Virus record (IMG/VR): IMGVR_UViG_3300025276_000021
DNA length: 64,000 nt
Reading direction: 5' to 3' (one strand)
DNA from: a virus
Shown here: positions 35,407 to 44,575 of the stretch, one piece after another
How positions within the stretch are numbered: position 1 is the stretch's first letter
Layout: each line of letters opens with the position of its first letter
Position numbers and translations under genes: made by a program
The notes under the pieces: generated by a model
What the model was told of the DNA's origin: nothing
Seen by the model: the letters and a program-made list of their open reading frames with translations, nothing else
The model's database searches: none

Positions 35407-36362
35407 TAACTTTTAATCCTTGTTGCTAATATATGGGACTGTAAATCTCTAGAATTATCCCACTCAACAACCTCTATACCTCTACTTTTAGCATCTTCCA
35501 TTGCATCTGTAACATCTGACCATAATCCATTTACAAATTGTGGTGCGGAGAGTAGTACATGTAGTTTTTTAACTTTATACTGATTGACAATCATTTCGTC
35601 CCAGGCAGCCTTGTCCAACTTATCAACATATTGTTTTTTTAGTGCAGTCGCTATTTTCTTTGAATTTTTCATATAAGATTTGTTGACTGTATCAATATAA
35701 CCCTTGATAATATTGCCCATCTCTTTTTTTGCGCCAGCTGAGTCAGGCGAACCATGTTTATCTTCTAAGTGTCTTGGTACATCTACCCAATCTGGGCGTA
35801 AGCCTCTTTTTGTATGTCCGTCTAAATTGCCTAATACTTTTCTCACATATGTTTCTATATCTTTGGGTAAACTACCCAAGTCGTTTTTCTCAAGTGGTCT
35901 ATGTAAATCGTTGATATGTGGGAAATCAGAAGTGTTATGGAATCCAGTGTCTAATAATGATTGCAATGTTACCCATCTTCTACCAGTCTTATCTACGCCT
36001 GAACGCACATCCGTTTCGAATGAACCTAAAAGATTAGCATCTAATTCATAGATAAAACCACCGCCAGACGCAATACCTCTATCCATACTACTTGGTTTCA
36101 TATTTCTAAATGCGGACAGTCCAGATTTTTTGTTTTGTCCTTTAACAAGTTTATCGTGATTACTTTCGCTAGTGACATGAAAAACAGAGCCTCTAATTTC
36201 AGTTGGCATCACTCTTTTTATGTTTGCATTACCCATAGGTATTTTAAATGACATTATATCACCATCTTTGCCGCCGAAAAGAGGCATATTAAAGAGATGC
36301 TTGGATAAGCTTGCCTGACTAAAAACTTCCTCTAATTGCATATATTGATAGAATGTTTTCAT
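35406..36362 (-). CDS. putative internal head protein, ADP-ribosyltransferase-like (paralogue of 34006-34947)
   Basis: leader MKTFYQYMQLEE; FH...GLSAF...IYEL...WDEMIVN. Confidence 0.5.
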   Translation of the reverse strand: MKTFYQYMQLEEVFSQASLSKHLFNMPLFGGKDGDIMSFKIPMGNANIKRVMPTEIRGSVFHVTSESNHDKLVKGQNKKSGLSAFRNMKPSSMDRGIASGGGFIYELDANLLGSFETDVRSGVDKTGRRWVTLQSLLDTGFHNTSDFPHINDLHRPLEKNDLGSLPKDIETYVRKVLGNLDGHTKRGLRPDWVDVPRHLEDKHGSPDSAGAKKEMGNIIKGYIDTVNKSYMKNSKKIATALKKQYVDKLDKAAWDEMIVNQYKVKKLHVLLSAPQFVNGLWSDVTDAMEDAKSRGIEVVEWDNSRDLQSHILATRIKS

Positions 36363-36625
36363 TTTCTATTCCTGAGTCTCGGTTCTCTACGATTATATCT
36401 TACTGTGACTGACGCTAGATTTTTCAAGTCATTGTTGAGAGGATTATTATCTTTGTGATGGATGTCACGACCATCTCCATCCTCTGCCATTCCAGACCGA
36501 ACAGCGGCGCGTCTTGCTCTTTTTCTAGCTGCATTTCTTTTCATCTGCTCAGGAGTACCAAGATAGTTTTCGCGTTCTTTTTTATAGTCTCTACCTTCAC
36601 TAATATATGCTTTAAAAGTTTTCAT
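36359..36625 (-). CDS. small HNH endonuclease-like protein with capsid-targeting-like leader
   Basis: MKTFKAYISE; DIHHKDNNPLNNDLKNL...NR. Confidence 0.75.
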   Translation of the reverse strand: MKTFKAYISEGRDYKKERENYLGTPEQMKRNAARKRARRAAVRSGMAEDGDGRDIHHKDNNPLNNDLKNLASVTVRYNRREPRLRNRK

Positions 36626-37191
36626 GCTACATTATCCCAAAAAGTTTTACTAATTTCGCCTGCAGGAGAGGCAGACGTACTAGATGCTGGAGTGTTTGCA
36701 GTCCCACCCATATTGCTGTGGTTTGTACAGTAATAATATAAATTAGGAGCACCAACAGCAACAGTTATCTGAGTATATGCTCCAGCACTTCCCGGAGTTC
36801 CTGACGTTGTTACGCCCGTTGTGTATTCACTACCACCGCCATGTGTCCCATTAGATGTAGCACTGAATCTTAATGGATGGTTTGAGTTAGAAGAATCTGA
36901 TTGATCAAATTTATATGTTCTACCTTCTGATAAACTTAATATTCTCTCGGGCCCAACTGCATCTATATAATATCTATTTCCTACTCCTGGATTTGAAACT
37001 GTTACAGCAAAGGTAACAGTACCAGCACTTACTGTTCTGCGGACACTTGTATACACAGCATGACCATTTGTAGTTCTAATACCATTTGTTTGTTTTAACC
37101 ATAGAGGTCTTAATGGGCTATTAGCACCGGGATCAGGCGGAGCGTTATCATATTGCCAACTAGAATTGTTTGTAATATTTACGAACGCCAT
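36622..37191 (-). CDS. protein with cupredoxin/plastocyanin-like domain, probably virion-associated
   Basis: NHPLRFS...LYYYCTNHSNMGG; late promoter upstream. Confidence 0.7.
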   Translation of the reverse strand: MAFVNITNNSSWQYDNAPPDPGANSPLRPLWLKQTNGIRTTNGHAVYTSVRRTVSAGTVTFAVTVSNPGVGNRYYIDAVGPERILSLSEGRTYKFDQSDSSNSNHPLRFSATSNGTHGGGSEYTTGVTTSGTPGSAGAYTQITVAVGAPNLYYYCTNHSNMGGTANTPASSTSASPAGEISKTFWDNVA

Positions 37192-37203
37192 GTGTCGGTC
37201 TCC

Positions 37204-38418
37204 TCATCGTTTGTTTTTACTATTTATATGTTTTAATAAATCTTCTTTATTGCTTTTACCAGTCTTAATAGAATAGTCTAGTGCAGATTGTAATACATCT
37301 CCAATAGCTTTACCCTTAAATCCAGCTTTAACTGCATCTCTACCATCTATTGGCATGTCTTTTACTGAAATATATTTTATACCCTTTAGTCTACTCGACA
37401 GAGTTTTAGATCCTTTTGCAGATAAAAATGCGTCTATAGCTCTAACATCAACACTTTTAGCATAGTTTGCAAGCTCAACATTATTCATACCTTCTTTCCA
37501 GTCTACGACATTTTGAACAATTTTTGCATCCGTATTCGAAAGTCGTATGACTGTTTTGGCAGTTGAGCCTGCTTTGTTTCCGTAGTCGCTAAGTAATATT
37601 CCCATGAATACAGCAAAATCACTTTTGCCGAGAGCGTCAATTGTTTTCAAATCGTTTGATTTTAATTTAATTGATTTAAATATATGTTTCATCAAACCAG
37701 AATCGAATAGTATTTTTACACCAATACTAGGTTTCTTAGATTTACTGAAAAGCTTTTTAAATTCTTCTTGGAATCTATCTGCGGAAATGGTAGAGATAGT
37801 GCTTGCTCTTTTCTTCATTTCCTTGTATGTCTCTTTTTCGATAGTAAAATCAAATCTTGATGCAAACTGCACAGCTCGAAACATTCTGAGAGGATCATCC
37901 TCGAACGATGTTGGACTGATCATGCGGATTTGCTTATTCTTTATATCCTTCATGCCTTTACCATCAACGTCTATTATCTCACCAGTATCAACATCTTTCG
38001 CTAGTGCATTTATCCAAAAATCGCGCCTTAGCTGATCTTGCTGTAGCGTAATGCCTTTACCAAGTTCTACTTCAAAGTCTTTATGACCTGAGCCTGTGCT
38101 TTTTGAGTCAATTCTTGGCACAGAAATATCTACATCCTCAGCTTCAGTAGAGCCTGTAGGAACAAATTTTAGAATGCCGAACGACTTGCCTACCATGTTG
38201 ACTTTACCGTGAGGCTTTAGAATTTTTTCTATATCATCTAACTCGATTCCAACAATGATAATATCAAGATCCTTAGATATTTTACCTATCATTTCATCAC
38301 GGACAACACCGCCTATTTGATATATTTTCCCACCCGCGCTTTTGATTGCTTTTCGTATCTGCGTTGACAGAAGGTCATCGACCATACTTTCATTCAAATG
38401 AGATATAAAACTTTTCAT
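37204..38418 (-). CDS. cca: class II tRNA nucleotidyltransferase (CCA-adding enzyme) with capsid-targeting-like leader
   Basis: GGVVRD, DLDI, DQLRRDFWINAL, EDDPLRMFRAVQFASRF; leader MKSFISHLNE. Confidence 0.88.
   Translation of the reverse strand: MKSFISHLNESMVDDLLSTQIRKAIKSAGGKIYQIGGVVRDEMIGKISKDLDIIIVGIELDDIEKILKPHGKVNMVGKSFGILKFVPTGSTEAEDVDISVPRIDSKSTGSGHKDFEVELGKGITLQQDQLRRDFWINALAKDVDTGEIIDVDGKGMKDIKNKQIRMISPTSFEDDPLRMFRAVQFASRFDFTIEKETYKEMKKRASTISTISADRFQEEFKKLFSKSKKPSIGVKILFDSGLMKHIFKSIKLKSNDLKTIDALGKSDFAVFMGILLSDYGNKAGSTAKTVIRLSNTDAKIVQNVVDWKEGMNNVELANYAKSVDVRAIDAFLSAKGSKTLSSRLKGIKYISVKDMPIDGRDAVKAGFKGKAIGDVLQSALDYSIKTGKSNKEDLLKHINSKNKR
37221..37228 (-). promoter_or_regulatory. T4-type late promoter TATAAATA
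   Basis: exact match within the 3' end of cca, upstream of 37191. Confidence 0.7.
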
Positions 38419-38428
38419 GGTTTATTCC

Positions 38429-38776
38429 TTACCAGTGTTGTACATCTGGATATCTGACAATTGCTCTAATTGATCTTACGGCTAGCTTTGCTGTCGGATC
38501 ACCCCTATCATATAATACAACCTCTGTACCATTTACAAAATCTGATACATTCACACCTTTGCCTATAAGAGACATGGTTCTGTGTAAATAATCATTTTCG
38601 TCGTAATCATTTTCAAATCCTGCTTTGCCTCGAACCTCAACCCACTTACTGCCTGGTAATGGTCGAATCCTTAGAATACCCATCTTACCTTGCCTGATAT
38701 AGGTCAATGCGTAAGACTCTTTTTTCTTACGTTGATTTTTCGTCAATTCAGTTATAAATCTAGTAAAAGATTTCAT
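38429..38776 (-). CDS. putative internal head protein, unknown function
   Basis: leader MKSFTRFITE. Confidence 0.6.
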   Translation of the reverse strand: MKSFTRFITELTKNQRKKKESYALTYIRQGKMGILRIRPLPGSKWVEVRGKAGFENDYDENDYLHRTMSLIGKGVNVSDFVNGTEVVLYDRGDPTAKLAVRSIRAIVRYPDVQHW

Positions 38777-38781
38777 AGCAT

Positions 38782-39345
38782 TTATCCTTTCACATAAGGT
38801 TTGATAATAGTTTCTATGTTTTTTATGATTTTCTTATGTGTAGGACTAAGATCCTTACGATCAGCTTTTACAGCGTCTAAGGCTATTTTTGTATCGCCCG
38901 CATATTTCTTTTGCCATGATGCTGGCTGCTTTGCAATATCAGACACATTTGCTAATCTATCTGCAAGTTTAATAACAAGTGCCCAGCTTGTCATATTAAC
39001 CATTTTGCCTTTGATATATTCACCTTTGCCGCCGGCAGCTTCTAGATCATCTTTCTTAGTTGTCAATTGATCAACTAAATTTGCAACTAATCCACCAAAC
39101 TGTTTGACCAAATCGTCATGCGATAAGTCAGTGTCCTCTAACGTATCGTGTAGATATGCAGCTTGAACTAGTGCAGATAGATTTGAGGATTTAGGTTTGA
39201 ATTTTGCGACTATTTTCGCAACTTCTTTTGGATGAGCAATATATCTACCACCACTTTTCCTAAATTGTCCTTCATGTGCCTTTGTAGCAACTCTTAATGC
39301 ACTTAGGGCGCTTTCATTAAGCATATGCGACTTAAAAGATTTCAT
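38782..39345 (-). CDS. stand-alone RelA/SpoT HD-domain hydrolase (small alarmone hydrolase) with capsid-targeting-like leader
   Basis: AHEGQFRKSG..YIAHP, LHDTLEDT, IKLADRLAN; leader MKSFKSHMLNE. Confidence 0.88.
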   Translation of the reverse strand: MKSFKSHMLNESALSALRVATKAHEGQFRKSGGRYIAHPKEVAKIVAKFKPKSSNLSALVQAAYLHDTLEDTDLSHDDLVKQFGGLVANLVDQLTTKKDDLEAAGGKGEYIKGKMVNMTSWALVIKLADRLANVSDIAKQPASWQKKYAGDTKIALDAVKADRKDLSPTHKKIIKNIETIIKPYVKG

Positions 39346-39382
39346 ATCTTTTTTTCCTTGACTGATTCTATTTCTTATATTT

Positions 39383-39411
39383 AGACTAACACGCTAGTCC
39401 AATAATGTCAA
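39383..39411 (-). promoter_or_regulatory. possible sigma70-type promoter
   Basis: TTGACA-17-TAGTCT with extended TG; weak -10. Confidence 0.45.
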
Positions 39412-39419
39412 TAGTAGAT

Positions 39420-39836
39420 TTACTTTTTTCCGATGTTATATTTGGGACACAATTCCCAATTTACTTTTTCTTTAAAAGGAATAATCTTAATCTGTCTCAG
39501 AGGTGCCATAATTTCGGCTGCCTTACCATTAACTAAAGTAATCAATCCCCAATCAGAAATGAGTGTTGCTATAGTGTTTCTTCTAGCAACGTCACTTTCT
39601 TCAAGGTTAGATTTTTTACCATCTAGTAGAAATAGTTCCTTAAAATGTACTATAAAGTATCTACCCTGCTTATGCAGAATATGACACGATTGAAATAATT
39701 TATTCTCTTTTCTACTCGAAACGCCGATTCTAGTTAAAGTTTCACGAACCTTCAGAAAATCGTCAGGTTCGTTTAAGGTAATCTCTAACATGGATTCCGG
39801 AGTCCAAGCAACTATATTTGATTCATCCATTGTCAA
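39420..39836 (-). CDS. regA: translational repressor RegA
   Basis: PDDFLKVRETLTRIG...QSCHILHKQGRYFIVHFKELF. Confidence 0.96.
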   Translation of the reverse strand: MTMDESNIVAWTPESMLEITLNEPDDFLKVRETLTRIGVSSRKENKLFQSCHILHKQGRYFIVHFKELFLLDGKKSNLEESDVARRNTIATLISDWGLITLVNGKAAEIMAPLRQIKIIPFKEKVNWELCPKYNIGKK

Positions 39837-39874
39837 CTCACTTTTTTTCTTATATTTTCATTACATGACAATGC

Positions 39875-39882
39875 TATTTATA
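39875..39882 (-). promoter_or_regulatory. T4-type late promoter TATAAATA
   Basis: exact match upstream of regA and the 34-39 kb cassette. Confidence 0.7.
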
Positions 39883-39899
39883 CATTTTAAGAATTTACG

Positions 39900-40283
39900 T
39901 TATCGCGCTTTTTTACCACCTTTACTCAACTTTTGTTTAATATGGTCTAAATGCTCTTTTGAAATAAGAGATAGTACCTCTTTGGCACGAGGATTCGAGT
40001 ATCCATAATACTCTTTGATTAATTCTAAGTTTCCAACTTTCTCTGCTTTGAACCACTTAGAAAATCGTTTGCGTTTTCTTACCATATTATTCAAAAAGTC
40101 GTACTGCATTCTAGCAGGAATAGTATGATTAATATTCATTTGATTTGCAATACCAATAGTGTCGTGAAAATAAGATAAGCCACGATTTACCATCCAGCTA
40201 CTATACGCTTTCTCTGCTAAATCGTCTACCATAATATCGTCTTTTTTAATATTGATTGAATTTAAATAATCAAAATGATTCAT
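39900..40283 (-). CDS. gp62: clamp loader small subunit
   Basis: FDYLNSIN, VNRGLSYF.DT, RKRFSKW, YYGYS; synteny. Confidence 0.9.
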   Translation of the reverse strand: MNHFDYLNSINIKKDDIMVDDLAEKAYSSWMVNRGLSYFHDTIGIANQMNINHTIPARMQYDFLNNMVRKRKRFSKWFKAEKVGNLELIKEYYGYSNPRAKEVLSLISKEHLDHIKQKLSKGGKKAR

Positions 40284-40879
40284 TATAATGCCTTTATGAT
40301 CGTCTGCATACGCATCACATCCATCACAACATCATGCCGGGCATCATGCGCTATGAATTTTTCTTTGCATCCGTCTGGAATATAACTGTTTCTTGTATTT
40401 GATCCATATAAGAGACCGTCAAGATATGATCTTGTATCACGTACCATCCAGAAAGGATACGGAATAGCATTTCCAGTTTCTTTTAAGATGCCTTCAAGAA
40501 TGGGAATATCAAATGTGTTTCCACGAGTGAATACTGTCTTTAGATTATTCATGTTTACATTTATTACAAAAAAATTATACAGCTTGTCAATAGATTGATC
40601 AATACTAGGATCAGGATCAAGCACTTTCTTAGCTTCAGGACCTTGCGTATTCCACCAATCTAATGTGCCTTTCTGAATTTTTCTATCATATTTCTTAACT
40701 TGCTCAGTAACATCAAATTTCATATATTTTGTATTTTCTAGCAATTCCTCATATGTATAAGGATCATTGCTGAATCTACCACTTGTATATGTAAGTAATC
40801 CTATAGATAGGACAACACCTCTATTGACGTCCGAAGAAAGGGTCTCAAAATCAAAAATTACGCAATCATCTGCTGACAT
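40283..40879 (-). CDS. DEDD 3'-5' exonuclease (DexA-like)
   Basis: IFDFETL, RGNTFDIPIL, RDTRS, HDARHD. Confidence 0.8.
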   Translation of the reverse strand: MSADDCVIFDFETLSSDVNRGVVLSIGLLTYTSGRFSNDPYTYEELLENTKYMKFDVTEQVKKYDRKIQKGTLDWWNTQGPEAKKVLDPDPSIDQSIDKLYNFFVINVNMNNLKTVFTRGNTFDIPILEGILKETGNAIPYPFWMVRDTRSYLDGLLYGSNTRNSYIPDGCKEKFIAHDARHDVVMDVMRMQTIIKAL

Positions 40880-41817
40880 TATAGCCACTCCACATTAGAC
40901 ATTAATTCTGTTAAACACGCTACCGTATTGATTTCTGCATCGGCAACAAATGCATTTTTATATTGATAATCCGCAAGAATAAGAACAACAGCAGGTAAAC
41001 TCGTTGGCTTAACAGTAGCAGACATTTTATCATAAATGCCGCGAAAAATAGCACTACTGTCAGTATCCATATTATTTGCAACCCAGATACGCATTTTCTT
41101 GAAATCTTTATCTTTAAGCAATTTTATGAGATTGCTAATCTCATCCATGCCAGAACTACTAGAACTGCCAGCACTAAGCACACCGCCGATAGACCGTCTC
41201 TGTACTTCATTTAATACCCTTCTCCAGTCAGGAGCATGTTTCAATATAATTTCGCCAACATCAGGATCGTTATATTCAACGCCCTCAGTTTCTAAAATAA
41301 TTTTCAATCTTTTCATAAACTGACTGGCTAATGACGCCATCGCTTTTTTAGATGTATTGAAATCATATACACCACACCGAGAGTGTAAAGGTTCAATGAT
41401 GCGGTTTTTAAAATTACAAGTCAGAATAAATCTACAATTATTAGAAAATTCTTCAATGAAGCCGCGCAGTGCTGGTTGTGTAGATTGTGGATTTAGATAA
41501 TCTGCCTCGTCTAGAATAACAACTTTGTATCCACCCTGTAATGATACTGTTGACGCAAACTGTCTAACTTTGCCGCGCAGAGTGTCGATATTACCCTCTT
41601 CACTTCCGTTGATTACTAGATAATCTAAATCTAGCATTTTACATATAGCTTTTGCAGCCGTAGTCTTACCGCAGCCTGCTGTGCCAGAAAATAACATATT
41701 TGGTATTTCACCAGTTTTGATCACCTCAGTTAAAGTGTATTTCAAATCTTTTGGCAAAATAGTTTCATCTATCGTAGTCGGGCGATACTTTTCTACCCAT
41801 AGGAATTCATCACTCAT
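40879..41817 (-). CDS. gp44: clamp loader ATPase subunit
   Basis: LWVEKYRP, GTAGCGKTT, LDEAD, SRC. Confidence 0.96.
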   Translation of the reverse strand: MSDEFLWVEKYRPTTIDETILPKDLKYTLTEVIKTGEIPNMLFSGTAGCGKTTAAKAICKMLDLDYLVINGSEEGNIDTLRGKVRQFASTVSLQGGYKVVILDEADYLNPQSTQPALRGFIEEFSNNCRFILTCNFKNRIIEPLHSRCGVYDFNTSKKAMASLASQFMKRLKIILETEGVEYNDPDVGEIILKHAPDWRRVLNEVQRRSIGGVLSAGSSSSSGMDEISNLIKLLKDKDFKKMRIWVANNMDTDSSAIFRGIYDKMSATVKPTSLPAVVLILADYQYKNAFVADAEINTVACLTELMSNVEWL

Positions 41818-41843
41818 CTAATATCTTTCGCTTTGTTCATCAT

Positions 41844-41872
41844 ATAATAACACATTAGTTGCCTAATGTCAA
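41844..41872 (-). promoter_or_regulatory. sigma70-type promoter
   Basis: TTGACA-17-TATTAT, extended TG. Confidence 0.7.
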
Positions 41873-41879
41873 GTGGTAA

Positions 41880-41899
41880 GGGAGAGCAAATGCTCTCCC
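41880..41899 (-). terminator. stem-loop after the gp45 unit
   Basis: GGGAGAGC stem; short U tail. Confidence 0.5.
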
Positions 41900-41910
41900 C
41901 AACTTTATTT

Positions 41911-42111
41911 TCATTCTTCAGCTTGCTCTTGTTTATAGTTTTCTACAACCTGCACTCCCTGTGTACATTGATCACGCAATTGACCGATAGTCGAAAGTTC
42001 TTCTCCTCTAAAACCACCCCGTTGTGTAACTGTGTCAATAACAGCAATAGCACTCCGCGAAATTTGATTCATAAGGTCGTATGCTTTTTTATGTGGATCT
42101 TTATCAGCCAT
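41911..42111 (-). CDS. hypothetical protein
   Basis: start reassigned to MADKD at 42111. Confidence 0.65.
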   Translation of the reverse strand: MADKDPHKKAYDLMNQISRSAIAVIDTVTQRGGFRGEELSTIGQLRDQCTQGVQVVENYKQEQAEE

Positions 42112-42118
42112 TTGTAAT

Positions 42119-42796
42119 TTACTCTCCGTAAGTTGATGTTTTTTCAAGTGCAATCCAATATTGCAGTCCGTTCTCAGTATTAGTTAGTTTTGAAATTAGT
42201 TTAGATGAAATTTCAACATCGTAGGTTCCTGTAAGAATTTTAAGATTATTAATATTATACACGAACTTATATGTAGCAATATCAGAAGTCGCAGGGATAT
42301 CAATAGAATAAGTATTTGCTGTTGCGTTCTCTAACGTGGTTACTGTCAATTTAGCAAGACCGTCACCACCATCTTGAATAACTAATTCTGAATGTCCGAG
42401 CGCACTAGCTGCAGCTTTTACATTTCCGAGTGTAGTTTCGTCTAATGTCAGTTTAATATTGCCTTCTGGCATTCTAACATCTTTAGTTGTTTTTGTGAGC
42501 ATTTCTGTATCAGAAAAGAAATACTTAATATTCGAACGACCTGAGGAATCACCGACAACGCAATGCTTATCAGCAAATGTAAGTTTTGGCTCATCTACTA
42601 ATCTCAGTACGCTAAGAAATTCACTTAGATCGTAAATACCGAACTCTTGTGGAAATGTTTCTTCAACAGTAACTTTAGCCAGAATGTTTTTTGCTTCGGA
42701 AATAGTTCTAATCGTTTGACCTTCTTCAATAACAATATTACTATTGATCGAGGCAAAATTTCTAAGAATCTCAATTGTCTGTGTAGATAGTCGCAT
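42119..42796 (-). CDS. gp45: sliding clamp
   Basis: MRLS..T..IL.NFASIN, FGIYDL.EFL, YWIALE. Confidence 0.95.
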   Translation of the reverse strand: MRLSTQTIEILRNFASINSNIVIEEGQTIRTISEAKNILAKVTVEETFPQEFGIYDLSEFLSVLRLVDEPKLTFADKHCVVGDSSGRSNIKYFFSDTEMLTKTTKDVRMPEGNIKLTLDETTLGNVKAAASALGHSELVIQDGGDGLAKLTVTTLENATANTYSIDIPATSDIATYKFVYNINNLKILTGTYDVEISSKLISKLTNTENGLQYWIALEKTSTYGE

Positions 42797-42826
42797 AATA
42801 TAGTCTCCATTGTGTGTATCTGAATT

Positions 42827-42855
42827 ATTATATCATAGTTTATTTGTATTGTCAA
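42827..42855 (-). promoter_or_regulatory. consensus sigma70-type promoter
   Basis: TTGACA-17-TATAAT, extended TG. Confidence 0.8.
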
Positions 42856-42859
42856 CCTT

Positions 42860-44575
42860 TTATTTTAACTTGCTGAAATTTTTGTCTTTGTAAAATTCCA
42901 GCTTTTCTTCGAATTTTCCATCTAGTATTTCGCCTTTATGTGATATGACAAACACGTTAGTATCATCGTCAAGAGTATAGAGTATTTTCATAAGATTGTC
43001 AACCCCATCATGGTCCAATGATGAATCAAATGTTTCATCTAATATCAATAAGTTTGTAGCTACAGAATTTTTCATCTTAGCTATTTGACGCCAAGTGAAT
43101 AGTAGTGCCAGGTCGATACGCTGTTTTTCTCCTTCAGAAAATGAATCATATGAAAACGCATCACGATGGCGAGATCGGATAGTTTCTTGAAAACTTTCAT
43201 CTAGATCGAAATGTACAAAAAAATCTAGGACCTGCAAATATTTGTTTACAAGATTATTTATGACCGGAAGATATTCTTTAATAACTTTAGTTTTAATTCC
43301 AGTATCTTTTAACATTTCAGTCATAACACTGTTATAAAGCATATTTTCATTCAATTCATATCTATCAGAATTTATGCTTTTCTGATCATCAAACATATCG
43401 TTTAATTCGGTATTTGCCTTATTTAAATCGCCTGACGCGCCCTGTGTCGTATTTAATTCGTCTTGATAAGATTGTATTTGTGTTTGCATTCTAGAAATTG
43501 TAGTGCTGTTAGAAGATATAGTGGACAATTTTGCTCGGATGTTATTTGCTAAACCTGTGAAACGCTCAATAGTTTCTTCTACAATAGCAGACTCTTTAGA
43601 GCCTTGTTCCATAGCTTCTTTTAGTTCTTTAGCTTTTGATTGTGCTTCCGCAAGATTCGTGTCGCGTAGTACACTATCAATATTCTGAGTACATGTTGGA
43701 CATGTTTCGTTTTGTTCATAAAATTTTGCATCTTTGACAAGTGTTTTTATTTTTGTCTGAAATTGCGCTTGGTATTGCAAAAGTGTCTGTTTTTTGTCAT
43801 TAGCTTTATTCAACTCTATTTGCATATTAGATTGATTTTCTTGGACAAATTCATCACATATGATATTTTCTTTTTCTAATATAGAGATATCCTTTCTGAT
43901 TTTCTCTATATCTGCTTTGCGCTTAGAAATAAAATCGTCGTTCAATGATGTTATACCGTCAATATATTTCTTTTGAGTTGAAATTTTATTATCTAACAAA
44001 TCCAACGAATACTTTATTTCCTTTGACTTATCTTTTAGTCTTGAATTTTTCTCTTTCAAAATAGTATTCATTTTTGAAAAGACGTTGATATCCAATAAAT
44101 CTTCAATAACATCTCGACGGTGTTGGGCAGGTAGCTGCATGAAAGGAATAAAAGAAGATGAACCTAGAACGATGATCTGGTGAAAAGATTTGTGATTCAG
44201 CTTTAAAATGTTTTGCTCTAATATTTTTTGATATTCTTTAGCATGTGATGATTGATCAACCATAGAGCCGTTTGTCCAAATCTCGAAGGCTGTGGGTTTT
44301 ATACCTCTCACAATTTTAAACTCATTACTGCCGACAGTAAATTCAACCTCAACAACACAATCTTTATTGTTTATAGAGTTTACTAGTTGTGGCTTGTTAA
44401 TATTACGATGAGGTTTGCCAAACAAAGAAAATGAGAGTGCGTCAAGTAGCGTAGATTTGCCAGCGCCGTTTTGTCCAACAATCAATGTGGACTTTATTTT
44501 ATTCAAATTTATTTCTGTCCAGTTGTTACCCGTAGACAAGAAATTTTTATAACGCAATGATTTAAATACTATCAA
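42860..44575 (-). CDS. gp46: Rad50/SbcC-like recombination ATPase
   Basis: GQNGAGKS, CPTC zinc hook, FSEGEK, LDETFD. Confidence 0.96.
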   Translation of the reverse strand: MIVFKSLRYKNFLSTGNNWTEINLNKIKSTLIVGQNGAGKSTLLDALSFSLFGKPHRNINKPQLVNSINNKDCVVEVEFTVGSNEFKIVRGIKPTAFEIWTNGSMVDQSSHAKEYQKILEQNILKLNHKSFHQIIVLGSSSFIPFMQLPAQHRRDVIEDLLDINVFSKMNTILKEKNSRLKDKSKEIKYSLDLLDNKISTQKKYIDGITSLNDDFISKRKADIEKIRKDISILEKENIICDEFVQENQSNMQIELNKANDKKQTLLQYQAQFQTKIKTLVKDAKFYEQNETCPTCTQNIDSVLRDTNLAEAQSKAKELKEAMEQGSKESAIVEETIERFTGLANNIRAKLSTISSNSTTISRMQTQIQSYQDELNTTQGASGDLNKANTELNDMFDDQKSINSDRYELNENMLYNSVMTEMLKDTGIKTKVIKEYLPVINNLVNKYLQVLDFFVHFDLDESFQETIRSRHRDAFSYDSFSEGEKQRIDLALLFTWRQIAKMKNSVATNLLILDETFDSSLDHDGVDNLMKILYTLDDDTNVFVISHKGEILDGKFEEKLEFYKDKNFSKLK

